DNA from: Vicugna vicugna
Taxonomy: Eukaryota
Assembly (NCBI GenBank): GCA_013265495.1
Contig: MU057984.1
Location: 613,597-677,596 of the forward strand
DNA length: 64,000 nucleotides
Direction: 5' to 3'
The first letter of the stretch is position 1, and each line of letters begins with the position of its first letter. The position numbers and the translations under genes were made by a program. The notes under the pieces were generated by a model. That model was not told where the DNA came from. It saw only the letters and a list, made by a program, of their open reading frames with translations, and did not search any database. Of the stretch, positions 1 through 13,539 are shown in pieces.

Positions 1-1413
1 AAGGTTAAAGTGAGAACTCGGGTTTTTTCCATCCACCCCCATCTCCACAGAGTAAAGGTTTTTCTCCCTTATTTCAGGAGGGGAGGAAAAGGTAGCTACC
101 TCTTGTTCCTTTATATAAGGAGAAAAAAAAATCCCATTTTCTCCATCCCTCACTTATTATTATGACTTCAAACTTTGTAAGTATAGGACATTTGACCTGA
201 CTTGCATCATGTCGCCCCAGGAGTAAGAATCAGGGTGTGACAAACAACATGGTGGTCACTACCTGCATTTAAGTGAATTTGAATTTTAAGTGCATGATAA
301 ATCTGTGTCTGAACACATCATGTGAGCATTCAGGATGAAATTAATAAAGATGATTATTAAAAACACAATAGTGAGTTTATATCTATACATATATGTGTCT
401 GTGTAAATCACTGAACACTTCTGAATAGTGCCACATAACTGATTATTATTTAAGTCTTTTGTGACATTGTATTTAACATGAACATACAAGTGAGTGTCTT
501 TAATAACATGCATTCTAGAAACATGAGTATTCTTTGTTACTTTACTCCTTCGTATTATTGTTTTGTTCATACACTTTTGATGTCTGAATTGAAAAATAAT
601 TTTCAGGGGATATAATTAGGGTAGAAATCGAAATATGACTTCATATAAATTTACTGCATTAGAAAAAATATATAGAAGTTTGCACACTCAACTGTGCATA
701 ATTAGAAAGTAGTCCTAGTGAGAGATCCAGGTTTGACAAGCCATAAGACTGAAGGCTGAGTACTTTATTAACATTACCTGTGTTCTAAATATAAATTTTA
801 AAAACAGAATGATATTCATATAGATATTATATTATCAGTTTCTACTTTAGCAGCAAAAAGAAAATTTCATTTTTGTTGGTTTTAAATGAAGTACATATAT
901 GTGTGATGGTCTCAACAGTAACAGCACATTTCCTTATTTTGGGGTCTCCTTGTTATAATGCTATTTGGCCTTTCACATCAAGTCTACAAGAGCAGTCACT
1001 AAAAATGTTTTTTATGCTGCTTTTTGAGTCCTTTGTTTCTCTGGGGGGAATTTGGTGCTATAAAAATGGTTTCTGGCTTTCAAATATATACAAAATAACT
1101 GGGAGATATGCAGAAGAGTAGAATTCAGATAAGGGAAGAGATGAATGTGATGTAAATTTATCAACCAAGGACTTTTTGATGAGGCAGGAATTATTTGGGT
1201 TCTTGAAGGATAGATTGGATTTGGATCAGAAGTGGAGAGAGAGGAAGATGTTTGCTAGGAAGAAATGGCATGAATAGAATATAGAGCATGAACAAATAAT
1301 ATATATTTAGGAAGTCATGTGACTAGGATGTTGAAGTTTGGGATTAGAAAATCAGACAGAGCATATAGTTGGGAGACTGAGTAAAAGATAAGCATAAAAA
1401 GTTAGAAGTTTGA

Positions 1414-1597
1414 GGGGGAGGGTATAGCTCAATGGTAGAGCTTGTGCTTAGCATGCACAAGGTCCTGGGTCCAATCCCTAGTACCTCCATTAAGAAATAA
1501 ATAAACAAACCTAATTACCTCTCCCCCCAAAAAAATATAAAAAAAGGATTTTAAATAAAATGTGCAAAATCAATAAGGCAACTCAAAAATTAACTTG
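1414..1597 (+). mobile_element. tRNA-derived SINE (camelid Vic-1-like)
   Basis: ggggagggtatagctcaatggtagagc (A box)...gggtccaatccc (degenerate B box)...tacctcca, then an A-rich tail. TSD aaaaagttag(a/g)agtttg on both sides. Confidence 0.88.
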
Positions 1598-2411
1598 AAA
1601 AAGTTAGGAGTTTGCTTTTGGGGCATTATGGGAAATAAAGACATTTACTTTTAGAAGAGTAGAAAGGATTAAAAGGGGGAAGTGCGGCAGACAGAAAGCA
1701 CAGACCAATAAGAATGTTCTTTCAAATGTTAAAGGAGGAAAACAGTAACTATCTCCACTCAGATCATTGCAATGGGGACTGAAAGTAAGAGCTTACATAG
1801 GAGAGATCATCAGGTTTGCCAGCCACATTTACTAGTGACCAGCCGCAAAAAGAGGGCCCAGGAGAAGGGCTGTAAAACTAACTCTGGGTTTCCCAGTTTG
1901 TGATACAGAACGATTGACAATGACAGTGACAAAATATGGTTTGGTATAAAGCAGTCCTATATACCTGCTGGAGAAAAAATGGTTTGTAAATATTTACTTC
2001 TCTCCTTGTAATGTAAGCATGTTAAAGTCACTCTGTATCACGATTGTTATTTACATTCTTTCATATTGGCATATTTGTAAAGATAAACTGTAAGTCAACT
2101 GTAAGTTCAACTGTAAGTCAAACTATTTGGAAAAAGCAACATTACAATTCCCTTCAATGCAACAAATTACTGGCCCTTCTCTGAATGAATAAGCCCAGCA
2201 AAGTGTACAGATATGGTTCAACCATGCTTATGTCTTCAAAAGACTTTACAGACTAATAGTGACAGGTACATTAAAAAGGGCTGATGTGAGGCAGACAGTG
2301 AGGGCCACAGAGGACACAGAAATGACGTTTTGTGGGACTCACAGTGGCTACAGGTCACTCTGATAGGGAACCACAAAAGGTGTGTGGGCCAGTAAGTGTT
2401 TAAGATGGCCC

Positions 2412-2956
2412 CTGAGAATATAGTCAATAATAATGTAGTATCTTTGTCTGGTGACAAATGCTAACTAGGGTTATTATGGTGATCAGTTTGAAACATATAG
2501 AAATAATGAATTTCTATGTTGTGCACCAAGAACTCACATAGTGTGGGTAGGTCAATTATACTTCAAAATAAACAAACTCAGAGAAAAAAGATTAGATTCA
2601 TAGTTACCAGAGGCAGGGGGTGGGGATGGGGGAATTGGATGAAGGTGGCCAAAAGGTACAAAGTTATAGCTATAAGGGAAATGAGTACTAGGGATGTAAT
2701 GCACATGATAAACATAACGTACACTGCTGTATGTTGTATTTGAAAGTCGTGAAGAGACTAGATCCTAAGAGTTCTCATCACAAAGAGAAAATGTTTTTCT
2801 TTCATTTTCTATCTATGAGAGATGATGGATGTTCACTAAGTTTACTGTGGTAATCATTTCATGATATATGTAAGTCAAATCATTATGCTGTACACCTTAA
2901 ATTTATACAGTGCTGTATGTCAATTATATCTCAATAAAACTAGAATGGAAAAAAAA
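2412..2956 (+). mobile_element. L1 3' UTR fragment (L1MA9/artiodactyl-like) with A-tail
   Basis: gttaccagaggcagggggtgggg...gttctcatcaca...tgtacaccttaaatttatacagtgctgtatgtcaattatatctcaataaaac followed by an A-run. Confidence 0.8.
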
Positions 2957-3414
2957 GATAACCCTTGAAAGTTTGATAGGTGTTTAAAAGAAGCTTTAAA
3001 TATCTGTGATTAAAAAACATAATCCAACATCATACATTGTGATTCTCTCCTTGGCTTTTTAATTTCCTCAGAAATGTTGACTCATGTGCTTATTTTATTG
3101 TGTAGTCCAAAAACAGTTAATATACACTAGGTAAACAACAGCAGAGATATACAAGATTTGATGACTAGAGAAATTGACAGTTAACTTATAGACTGTTACT
3201 AATCTTCTACCAGGCAGATCCAATGCCCTAACTTTTAATCAGTCCATATTTCCCAACTATATTAAGTGGTAGAGTAAGTTTTAAATTGTCAATCTTAAAT
3301 TAACTTCCCTACTGTGAATTAGCATTGATATTTAACACTTGTCCACATTTGTATACTGTTTAATTCAGCCGTGTGCTTTTTTTCATTAATGTTTCTTCTT
3401 CCTTATGTCCTTTA

Positions 3415-3810
3415 CTTCCCAGGTATAGCTGACAAATAAAAACTGTACATATTCAAGATCTGTAAGTGGATGTTTTGATATACATATACACTGTGAAATA
3501 ATGATCACAATGAAGCTAATTAACATACCCATTACCTCACAAAGTTACTATTTTCCTTTTTTTTTTTTTTTGGTGAAAACATTTAAGATCTATGCTCCTA
3601 GCAAACTCCAAATATGCAATATAGTATTGTTACCTGTAGTCATGTTGCTGTACAGTAGATTTCCAGAACTTACTGATCTTGCATAACTGAAACTTTTTAC
3701 CCCTTGACCAATCTCTCCTCATTTCTCCTTTCCACCCTCCCGCTGCTCTCTCCCTCTGGCCATTCTACTCTCTGATGCTTTGAGTTTGGCAGTTTTAGAT
3801 TCCACCTTAA
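3415..3810 (-). mobile_element. L1MA-type 3' UTR fragment
   Basis: aagctaattaacatacccattacctcac...catgttgctgtacagtagatttccagaactta...ttttagattccac, the antisense L1 3' UTR pattern. Confidence 0.75.
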
Positions 3811-5237
3811 AAATGCGAACCAGCTGGATGTGTTGCTGTGCCATTGTTATGTTCCATTGTGGAATCCTGACAGTAGGAATATAGTTATTATACATACAAT
3901 TTCATGGAATGGCTATAAATAAAAGGAAAAATTCATGGTTTTTTTGATTTAGCATAGCAGGTATGCTTTATTCCCTTGGCAGAGATGGGTATTAGAAAAA
4001 TAACTGAATAAACATTCATGGGAGTTTGTACTACACACAGTATTTTGTGTTGTGACGGGAGTTAAGAGTGAATAGGTAATGTAACTTTGTGCTTTGAAGT
4101 TTTTGTTTTTGTCTAGTTTTTGTCATTTAAGATGCATCCAGTCATTAATAACAGGATATGAATGAAAGTGGTGAGACAATAAGAAAATTCAATATTTTAC
4201 ATAATGGGAAATCAGGTCATAGAAGTTGGTTATGGATAGTTACTGTTTCTCAACAAAATTCTGAGGCTACTTTTTACAGAGCTATTTTTAGCCTGCTGGC
4301 TTTGTTTTAGCTGTCTACACTGAAAACTTCAAAATGGCTGCTGAAGTCCTCACATAGCACCTTTATAAAGTTATTCATGGGACAAGATGGGAGGCATATC
4401 TTCTTGTGCTTCTCTTTTTTCAGGAGGCAAACCTTTTCCAGTAGCCCCACAGCAATTCTCTTTGTATCCTACTGAGCAGAATTGGATTCCAAACTTATGG
4501 GTAAACCAGTATTTGGTAAAAGGAATGGAATGCTACAAAAAAGGGAGATTCTTAGCAAAAATGGAAAGAGTTGGGAAGGCTGTCAACAGAGTTTTCTCTA
4601 TGACTACAGCACATCGTTAGGTACTGCTAATTATAATTGGAGTCTATTGTTAATACTGTTGATACCATGAAATTAAAGCACAAACTATCTACCATGGAGC
4701 ACTTCTTGTTAGTGATGAAGAAACTGAGAACTATTTAATTCAATTGATTTAGTCAAGATAATGTCACTGAGTAACAGGACTTGAATCCACTTTAACAGCA
4801 TTCTTTCTATTAAGAGTTCTTCCTCTGTTTAAAAAAATGGAACCCTCTGACTTTGGCTAGTCCAGTAACAAACACTATCTTCAAGGGGTGAGAGGGAGAC
4901 CTATACTACTGAAGTTCTTTTTGATTAGATCTACATAAAGAGAAAAATGACTATTTTGATTTCATATAAAATTATTATTTTAAAGAAATCTGACTTATTT
5001 TGATATTTGACTTTTTAAACCTATGAGTGACTAAAGTGTCATTGCTTTTGTCTATCTTCTTTAAAATGCCTCCTAAATAAAGTTATAAATGTTTTTTTAA
5101 TTTGAAGAGTTTTATCTGGTTTTCCATTACATTGTCTTGGTTAAATATATTTTCCTTTGATATAAAGATAAATTTTCCATTTATCAAATTATTTTATTGT
5201 CATCCCATTGTATGTTTTTTTCATATATGTGTTTTGA

Positions 5238-5333
5238 AAATAATTTATTTTTTAATGGAGGTGCTGGGGATTGAACCCAAAACCTCAGGCATGGTCTAAG
5301 CACATGTTCTACCAATGAGCTACACCCCTCCCC
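5238..5333 (-). mobile_element. tRNA-derived SINE (Vic-1-like), short form
   Basis: Reverse complement of the same tRNA-like head (tggaggtgctggggattgaaccc...gagctacacccctcccc) with a T-rich tail. Confidence 0.85.
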
Positions 5334-7021
5334 ACTTAAACTAATATAGTTAACAATATAAAAAATATTTTAAGTTTATTCACTGAAATGGGGTTCAAAA
5401 GACTTACTGTCTTAAGCCCAGTTGGTTCTCTCTTAATGCTACCTCTTGTTCTAATAAACAAATTTCCATCACCCTAGATTGATCCCTTTGGTACTCACCT
5501 GTAGGCTGGTCCATTATGCAAGGCCCAGCAGGACTACATTTCTCACTGTGAATTTTAATTACTTCTTCTCTTAATGGTTTAGAAGTAAATCTGACAATTA
5601 AACTATGTAGTATATTTTAAAAATTCTGTTCTTGTCAAAAGTAATCACCTACATTGGTCATCTAATACTGTCTCTATTGAATAAATATGAGAGAGGAGAA
5701 TAGTGAAGAGATACTTTGAAAATAAGTCTCTCTTTCAGTTATCCTTAAATCATACCCAGTCAGTTTTCTACCTTACTGAGGTCTGTCACCTCTTATTTCT
5801 TGCTTACAAGCCCTTTCTCCCTTCCCAGGCCCCTACATTGGTAAGCTTTACTATCATTAACACAAAAAGAATGGGCATAGCCTTCACTTCTAATGAAGAG
5901 TATGTGAAGAAGTATCAATTAATGGATTATCAGAGAAGACAGTGTCATTCTACTGCCAAATATCAGAGTCAAATTCATTACTTCCACATGACTCATTAGG
6001 TCTCCTTGGCTCTTGTTCCATTTGCATTTCCAAGGCCAGGTCTAGATGATTTTCAGTTGGTAATTTGACTCTATGTCATTAAGATATAGCAGATGTTCAT
6101 TTCATGGAAGTGCAGAGAGCTCTCTGTACACCGACAGTGACAGAGTTGATGACTCAATAGGTGGCAATGTGTATGTCTCTGAATCTCTGCTTCACATCAA
6201 TCCCAGTATTTATTTGCTATAAATAATTCAACCCTACTTCCTCTCCTCTTTTCTGGGGGATCCTATGCACTTTATAACTCATAGAAAGGACACTTCCTTT
6301 TTCTGATGCTGGCCCTCTTTTTGACTCCAATTTACATTCTGGCTATTTATTGTTCTTGATGTTATTCCTCTACATTTAAAATTTTTATCTCAAGTATATT
6401 TCAATCCTCATTTATAATTTAGCTTGTTTTTCAGTATAACCTTTTTGCCTTATTATAATATGTCTTTTCTGAAACAAAATTACTTCCCCCAAACCCTCCT
6501 GTCAAACTTGCCTGAACTGTTGTTCTTCTCATGTTATTCCTTGTTCGGAAACAAAGTCTTCTGTGCTGGCATCCAAGCCCTCCACAAAGTGACCCCTGCA
6601 TCCCTTAGTCTCATCACTCACTTCTGATCTCTTTTCCTATTCATGACCCAAATGGCACTTCTTTCCTAAACAAACATTATGCTTATCTATCTGTTTGCCT
6701 TATAACATGTTCCCTTTTGATAGAATACACATCTCCCTTGCCCCAAACTCAACACATTCAAAATTCTAGCATTCTCCAATGCCCATCTCAATTGCCACTT
6801 CCTGCTTTGGGCTTTTGCTTGAATATCCTGTCATCTTTTACCTAGTAACATAGTAGTTTGTTTACTTTTCAATGTTCTTTTACTTAATTATATATTTCTT
6901 TAAAGCAAGGATGTGTCTGAGTCACTTTAATCATTATTTATAGTTGTACAGTATTCCCTCTGACATCTGACTGGCTTTTATGGGGCTTTGAAACTCTGAG
7001 GTCAGTGTTACTTTTAGAATA

Positions 7022-8520
7022 CTCATCAAAGCAGCTTGGTATTGGCGCAAAAACAGACATATGGATCAATGGAACAGAACAGAGAGCCCAGAAATAAACC
7101 CACAGATTTACGGTCAATTAATCTTCAACAAAGGAGGCAAGAACATACAATGGAGAAAAGACAGTCTCTTCAGCAAGTGGTGGTGGGAAAACTGGATAGC
7201 AGCATGTAAATCAATGAAGTTAGAACACTCACTCATACCACACACACAAATAAACTCAAAATGGCTTAAAGACTTAAATATAAGACAAGATACTATAAAC
7301 CTCCTAGAAGAAAATATAGGCAAAACATTTTCTGACAAGAATCTTAGCAATGTTCTCTTTGGGCAATCTACCCAGGCAATAGAAATAAAAGCAAAAATAA
7401 ACAAATGGGACCTAATTAAACTATTAAGTTTTGCACAGCAAAGGAAACCATAAGCAAAACAAAAGGACAACCTATAGAATGGGAGAATATTTTTGCTAAT
7501 AATGTGACTGACAAGGGCTTAATTTTCAGGATATATAAACATCTCACACAACTTAATAATAAAAAAACAAACAACCCAATCCAAAAAAGGGCAGAAGACC
7601 TAAACAAACAATTCTCCAATGAAAACATACAAATGGCCAACAGGCACATGAAAAAATGCTCAATATTGCTAATTATCAGAGAAATGCAAATCAACACTAC
7701 AATGAGGTATCACCTCACATCAGTCATAATGGCCATCATTCAAAAGTCCACAAATCATAAATGCTGGAGAGGGTGTGGAGAAAAGGGAACCCTCCTACAC
7801 TGCNNNNNNNNNNNNNNNNNNNNNNNNNNNNNNNNNNNCAGTATGGAGTCAAAAGCCTAAAAATAGACTTACCATATGATACAGCAATTCCACTCCTGGG
7901 CATATATCTGGAGGGAACTCTAATTCAAAAAGATACATGAACCTCAATGTTCATAGTGCACTATTTACAATAGCCAAGACATGGAAGCAAACTAAATCTC
8001 CATTAACAGATGACTGGATAAAGAAGTTGTGGTATATTTATACAATGGAATACTACTCAGACATAAAAAATAATAAAATGATGCCATTTGCAGCAATATG
8101 GACGGACCTGGAGATTGTCATTCAAAGTAAAGCCAGAAATAGAAAGAAAAATACTATATGATATCACTCATATGTGGAATCTAAAAAAAAGACAAATGAA
8201 CTTATTTACAAAACAAAAACAGATTTACAGACATAGAAAACAAACCTATGGTTACCAGGGGGAAAGTGGGTGGGGAGGGATAAATTGGGAGTTCGAGATT
8301 TGCAGATACTAACTAATATATATAAAACAGATAAACAACAAGTTCATATTGTATAGCGCAGGGAACTACATTCAATATCTTGTAGTAACTCATGGTGGAA
8401 AAGAATACAAAAACTAATATGTGCACGTTCATGTATGACTGAAGCGTTATTCTGTACACCAGAAATTGATACCACATTGTAAACTGATTATACTTCAATA
8501 AAAAATAGACTGCAAAAAAA
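7022..8520 (+). mobile_element. 5'-truncated young L1 (ORF2 C-terminus plus 3' UTR plus A-tail)
   Basis: ORF2 peptides [45 protein letters not shown]...[15 protein letters not shown] and [15 protein letters not shown], in shifting frames. aataaa and an A-run at about 8497-8520. Confidence 0.95.
7804..7838. other. Assembly gap (35 N)
   Basis: Run of n within the L1. Confidence 1.
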
Positions 8521-9419
8521 GGAAAGATTTACTTAATGTGCCCACAATAAATGCTTAATTTTAGAATATTAAACAAAAATCTGGCAGAGAAGAGACTAAA
8601 ATGTCTAGGAACATATATCTCATCAGTAACAGAAGGAATTGAGGTGATATGAGCAAGGGAGTACAAGAAATGGCAAGTCGTCTTCCTCAAGTTCCACATA
8701 CAGTTTTCCTTCCTAGGCCTTCACTTTCAAAAAGTGGAAACTGGGACTGATACTGTATTGAACCAATGACCTGTTATTTCCCTCCCACTACATCATCTCC
8801 CACAGTGACTTGAGTTGTTCTGCTCCTCCAAGAATTATAACCTGGACTGTACTGTTTCAGAGAAGAGTCACCAGGCAATATCGTGATTATGGATACACTG
8901 AGAACCAAGAGAACATTAATGACTCAGATGCAGTGCCATGCCAGGGTGTCCAGATATGATGGGAATAGTGGGCAGGCAGGTTTAGTGAACCAAGAAAAAG
9001 GACCTCTTTATCAAGAAGATAAATTATCACCATGCTCCGCAGGAAGGGGACTCCAAGAAGTAGGTCCATAGAGTGTTAAGCCGAGGAAGAACTTGGAGAG
9101 GCTCACTACTGTGTTGAGCATCATGTTAATCACGGGTACTTACTAGCCCAGAGTAAGTCATACAACCATCCATCCACTACATACTTCATTCCAGCTGCCC
9201 TCACCTTTGACAATCAAGGAACAACATCTATTTACTTAAAAGTTATATGAATCTATTTCTACTTGTCACGAGGTAACCAATTTAGATGTGAAACATGAAG
9301 TATAGGAATGAAGAAAGAGAAAAAGAGTTAATTTCTGGGAAAATATTGTAAACTGTTTTTCATGCTTTAGTTTTTTATTGCTATGGGGCAAATTACTGCA
9401 AACACACCAGTTAAAAAAC

Positions 9420-10405
9420 ACAGGTAAATTTATTATCTCATATTTTTTGTGTATATAAAGTCCAAGCATAACTTAGCTGCCTTCTCTGCTTCAAGTTCTT
9501 CCCTGGTTGAAATTATGATGTTTACTGAGCTTTGTTTTAATATGAAAGCTTCACTGGAGAAAAAGCCACTGTCAAGCTAACTCAGTATGGTTTTTTGGTC
9601 ATTTTTGCGAGAATTCATTTCCTCTTGCCTGGAGAACTAAGAGCTTAATTTTTTTTCTAACTCTACAAATCAGTTTTAATGGTTTCCAAAGGCAGCCTGC
9701 AGTTCCAGGCTGAGTGACCCTTTCCAAAAGTTTATTTTTAACACAGCAGATTCAGTGCCAGCAGAAGAGTGAGAGCAAGTCTTCTAGCAAAATGGAGACA
9801 TGTTGTCTGTAATCAAATAAATAATTTCCAAGCTTCTTTGACAGCAAATATAATGTAATCATGGGTGTGACATCATCATTTTGCCATATTCTATTAGTTA
9901 GAAGCAAGCCACAGGTCTTGTCAACATTTGAGAGGAGTAATACACAGAGGTGTGAACACCAAAAGGTCAGAATCATTACAACTCCTTTACACTTTGTCTT
10001 CCACAACTTATGTTCTATATTCAAAGATCCAAGTCTCTTCCTCATGCAAAATACATTCACTTTCTCCCAAGATACTCCAAAGTCTGAATCCACTACAACA
10101 GCAATTCAAAATCTAAATCTCATCATCTAAATAAGACTCATGCGCACATGAGATTCTTAGAGAGCATATAGTTAAGTATACCAAATGGGGCACAGTACTT
10201 ACCTCTTTGTGGATCTGTGAAATAAAAGGAACAAATTATGTGGCCTTAAGACACCCAATATATAATGGTGAGAAAGCCATAGGATAACAAGTATAGACAT
10301 TCCTGTTCAGTAAACAGGAAAAATGCAAGGTATAAAACATTGTGTGTCTCATAGTGTTGGAAAATCCTATTTGATAAATGTTGTGAATTCTTTGATTAGA
10401 TTTTA
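9420..10405. mobile_element. Old MaLR (MLT1-type) LTR plus adjoining internal sequence
   Basis: ttttgccatattctattagttagaagcaagccacagg...acacagaggtgtgaacacca...ttccaca is a recognisable MLT1 LTR pattern. Boundaries are approximate. Confidence 0.6.
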
Positions 10406-10411
10406 ATGCAT

Positions 10412-10981
10412 TGTAGGGGAGCAAACTTTGCCACCTCAGAATGTTTCTCTTTGGCATTAATTTAGATTCATTATTTTTAAGAGACAGAAGACTCAGGAAG
10501 TTTTGCTTTTTGCCTCCCTCTTAGCTGCCTGAAGAATTCAGATAAAGGGCTTGTTCCCAGAATGTAGCTATCACTAGAGATAGCTGCAAAGACTGTGGGC
10601 TAGATGTGGTGCGTGAAACCCAGCAGGGCCTAGAGATCTGAGTACACTCTGTGTCCAAATCTCTCTGCATGGACCAGCAAACATTTGCTTATGAAATATT
10701 TGCTATTCCATCTCCATGTGAACCGCTGCCTTCCTCCTCTTTGAAGCCACTAACTGCTACATCCAACAACCTTTTTTGCCCTTAACTGAAGTTGGTATTT
10801 AAGGTGTAGGTTTCAGCCATATTGGAAAGCTACTTAGTCCTCTGGTGTCTATTTCAGATGTTATTTACATGTTATTAAACTTTTGTTTGATTCTCCCCTG
10901 TTAATCTCTAATATGCCAGCTTCATTCTTACACCAGCCAGAGAATTTAGGAGGGTAGAAAAAAATTTCTTCCTTCCTAACA
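10412..10981 (+). mobile_element. ERV1-type solo LTR (MER34-like)
   Basis: TGTAGGGG...CCTAACA termini, about 570 bp, with attaaa at about 10874 and a U5 ending gagggtagaaaaaaatttcttccttcctaaca. Confidence 0.7.
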
Positions 10982-11421
10982 GCCTTTATATAATTTTCCA
11001 AAGGCCACACTGGGTTCTTGGTTTCTCTTTTGGAGTCACCCTTCCTTTATTATGAAAAGTAGCATGTGTTTACAACTGAGTAAGCAAAACAATTACTTTG
11101 CAAACTGTGATCAAATGCATTCAGAAAAAGGCCCCAACACCTACTTTATTGCTGTCTGTCAACAGTTCCTCTCTAGTTTATCCAGGATTCAAGAGTCAAT
11201 GCTAAGACCCATTCCACATTCCAGGCTTTAGTCTCTCCCCTGTGAGACACCATTTGAGGAATCTGTTCTCAGCTGAACACTTTAACACATTTGATTTGTC
11301 CACTACAAAGATAAATTTAAACTTCATTCTCACAGAAGAACAAGGAGCTTACTAAATGCACAAAAGGCCATGCCCTGGGACATTTATAGGTGACTATTCT
11401 CACTTGAACACATGCCTCATA

Positions 11422-11924
11422 TTAGGAAGGAAAAAAATTCTCCTCTATTCTTGTAGGTTCTTCTCTCTGATCTAAGAATTAAACAGACATGAGATAGATT
11501 CATAAAAGAAAATCAAATAACATGTATCCCTTGCTCTGGGATAGACCCAGGGTAATTGAATAACTCCTTAAAATGGTTTGAACTCTCACCTTAAATCCCA
11601 TCTTCAGCTACAGAAAATAGGGGATTTTGGGGGTAGTGGTTTGTGACTTCAAAGGAAAGGAAAGCCATTCTCAGAGATGGAAAACAAATGTTTGATAAAC
11701 AAATGTTAGATGGGTGATGCAGAGGTAATGGGACACAGAATGGACGTTGATCTTTAGGCCCTGTCAAGTCTCCCCCATCACATCTAGCCCATAGTCTTTG
11801 CAGATATTTCTGCCAATAGCTCTATCTAAATCTTTATCTAAATTCTTTAGGTAGCTAAGGGGGAGGCAAAAAGAAAGACTTTCTGAGTTTACTGTTCTTA
11901 AAAATAATCAGCCCAAATTAATCC
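11422..11924 (-). mobile_element. ERV1-type LTR of a related family, truncated at the provirus A junction
   Basis: Begins ttaggaaggaaaaaaattctcctct, the reverse complement of the 10412-10981 LTR end. Similar to 25275-25828. Confidence 0.6.
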
Positions 11925-12134
11925 TGTCGACAACATCCTTATAAAGCAGCCGTGCTGATGACCTTTCAGGGAGAGTGTGTACTGAGTGTGAGCTTGCACC
12001 TCTTCATTCTTTGATTAAAGAATGAAACGTTCCTTTGCTTCTGAATTGGATTCAATCTAGTTCTACTAGCTCCAATGACACTGGGCAGGAAGACCCTTGC
12101 TAGGGACTGACTCAAAAGGGTCAGCAACAAATTT

Positions 12135-12152
12135 TAGTAACCTAGATGGGAT
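12135..12152 (+). other. Degenerate primer-binding site, probably tRNA-Arg
   Basis: tagtaacctagatgggat, a few nt after the LTR end, matches 13/18 to TGGCGACCCAGATGGGAC, the complement of a tRNA-Arg 3' end as I recall it. All mismatches are transitions. Confidence 0.5.
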
Positions 12153-13539
12153 GAACAGTGGCCTTTTCATCCACACCTATGCACTAGGCTCGGGCTTGCC
12201 CGAGCTATAGCTGGAGGACAATGGAGGCTTTGGGAAGTTCGCGTGAGAATGACTGACCTTTGACTACATTCTGATGGGGTAGAATGGCAGCAACCTTAGG
12301 CCAAATTCAGAACAACTCTACCCAGCAACCTGATACTCAGGTGTGGTGTGCACACAGTGTAGCCCCCAGATTAATGTGGACTGCATCCTCCTATAGATCA
12401 TACTGTGGCATCACTGGAGATTGAAGACTGAAACTCATGTGTGTCTGCCTGCTGCCTCTGTCTGGCCTTCCCGAGGTACTGGACACTCAAGGACAATGGG
12501 GACCTGTGGACAAGATGGAGCTATGGCAATCTTGTCCTCTGTTTTGCCAGTAGTGCTGCCCTCTTGACCCCTGTGCAAGGCAGCAGTGACCACATCAGGG
12601 GTTTCTGCCCTCCTCACCAACCTCCAGGTGTCAACAGTAGCATTCTCCATTGTCACTTTTGGTTTGATAAAGTGGCCAGCACATGAGCCAAGAGATGAAA
12701 CTGAGAAAAGGTCCAGGTAATAAGGACCACTGACAAAACAGAACAAGGACCTTGACCCAAATTCAGGAAAAGGCACCAAAGATGTCTGAATGTGAAAGGG
12801 TCCCAGTGTAGCTACATGACTGGTGACCTGACCTCTTCCAATCAGTGCTAGTTTCTCTGAAGTGGGTTGGGGGACCCTGTGAGCTGCTCACAAGACCAGG
12901 AACCCTATTACCAGGAAGCCCTATGAGCTGCTGGTGAGAAAAGGAAATACCCACCTCCTGACCTCTCCTTCCCCCTCTGCTTGGGAGGTGAAACTTCAAT
13001 GATTATTGATCAAGGTTCCACAGGCTGTCATCCTAGTATCAGCCCAGAATACCAGTTACCCCCATGATCTGGTAAGTGTCCCATGGGAATCCTTCATGCT
13101 TTTAGATCTCAGCTAGTGGGAAGTTCAAAAACTCCTCCTTTTTGGCTGAAAGAAGGAAAGACAAGACCCTTATCTCAGAAAGCTGTGCCACTCCCTAATG
13201 GATTAAGTTGGTCAGGAACTAAAGTGGCTAAGCTGTTTAGGACTAGAGGCAGTCCTGTCCAACCTTTTGTGGGATATTCGGACTGAGGAGGTACTATCTA
13301 TCTAATACATGGGCTGTTATAAATTCAAAGGTGACATCCAGTTATGTCAGAGTCCAAGCCATTTGGATGCCTCCTATTTTGGTCTTTTGAGGAATCCATT
13401 AACCAGTATGGTGCTGGTTCCAAATTTCCTGAAGCAGAAATCTTATTTGGGCCAAACTTTATGGCATTTGTATGCCAACAAATCACTTCAACTGCTCCCT
13501 TGGTAGCTAGAAACAAATCTAAAACAGAACATCTAAGGT

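Noticed and set aside
1414..1490. tRNA genes (also at 5256-5333 and about 47683-47757)
   Set aside because: tRNA-like heads with broken stems, A-rich tails and TSDs. These are SINEs.
7061..8312. Host genes from the 74-130 aa ORFs
   Set aside because: Frameshifted L1 ORF2 and 3' UTR pieces and their antisense frames.
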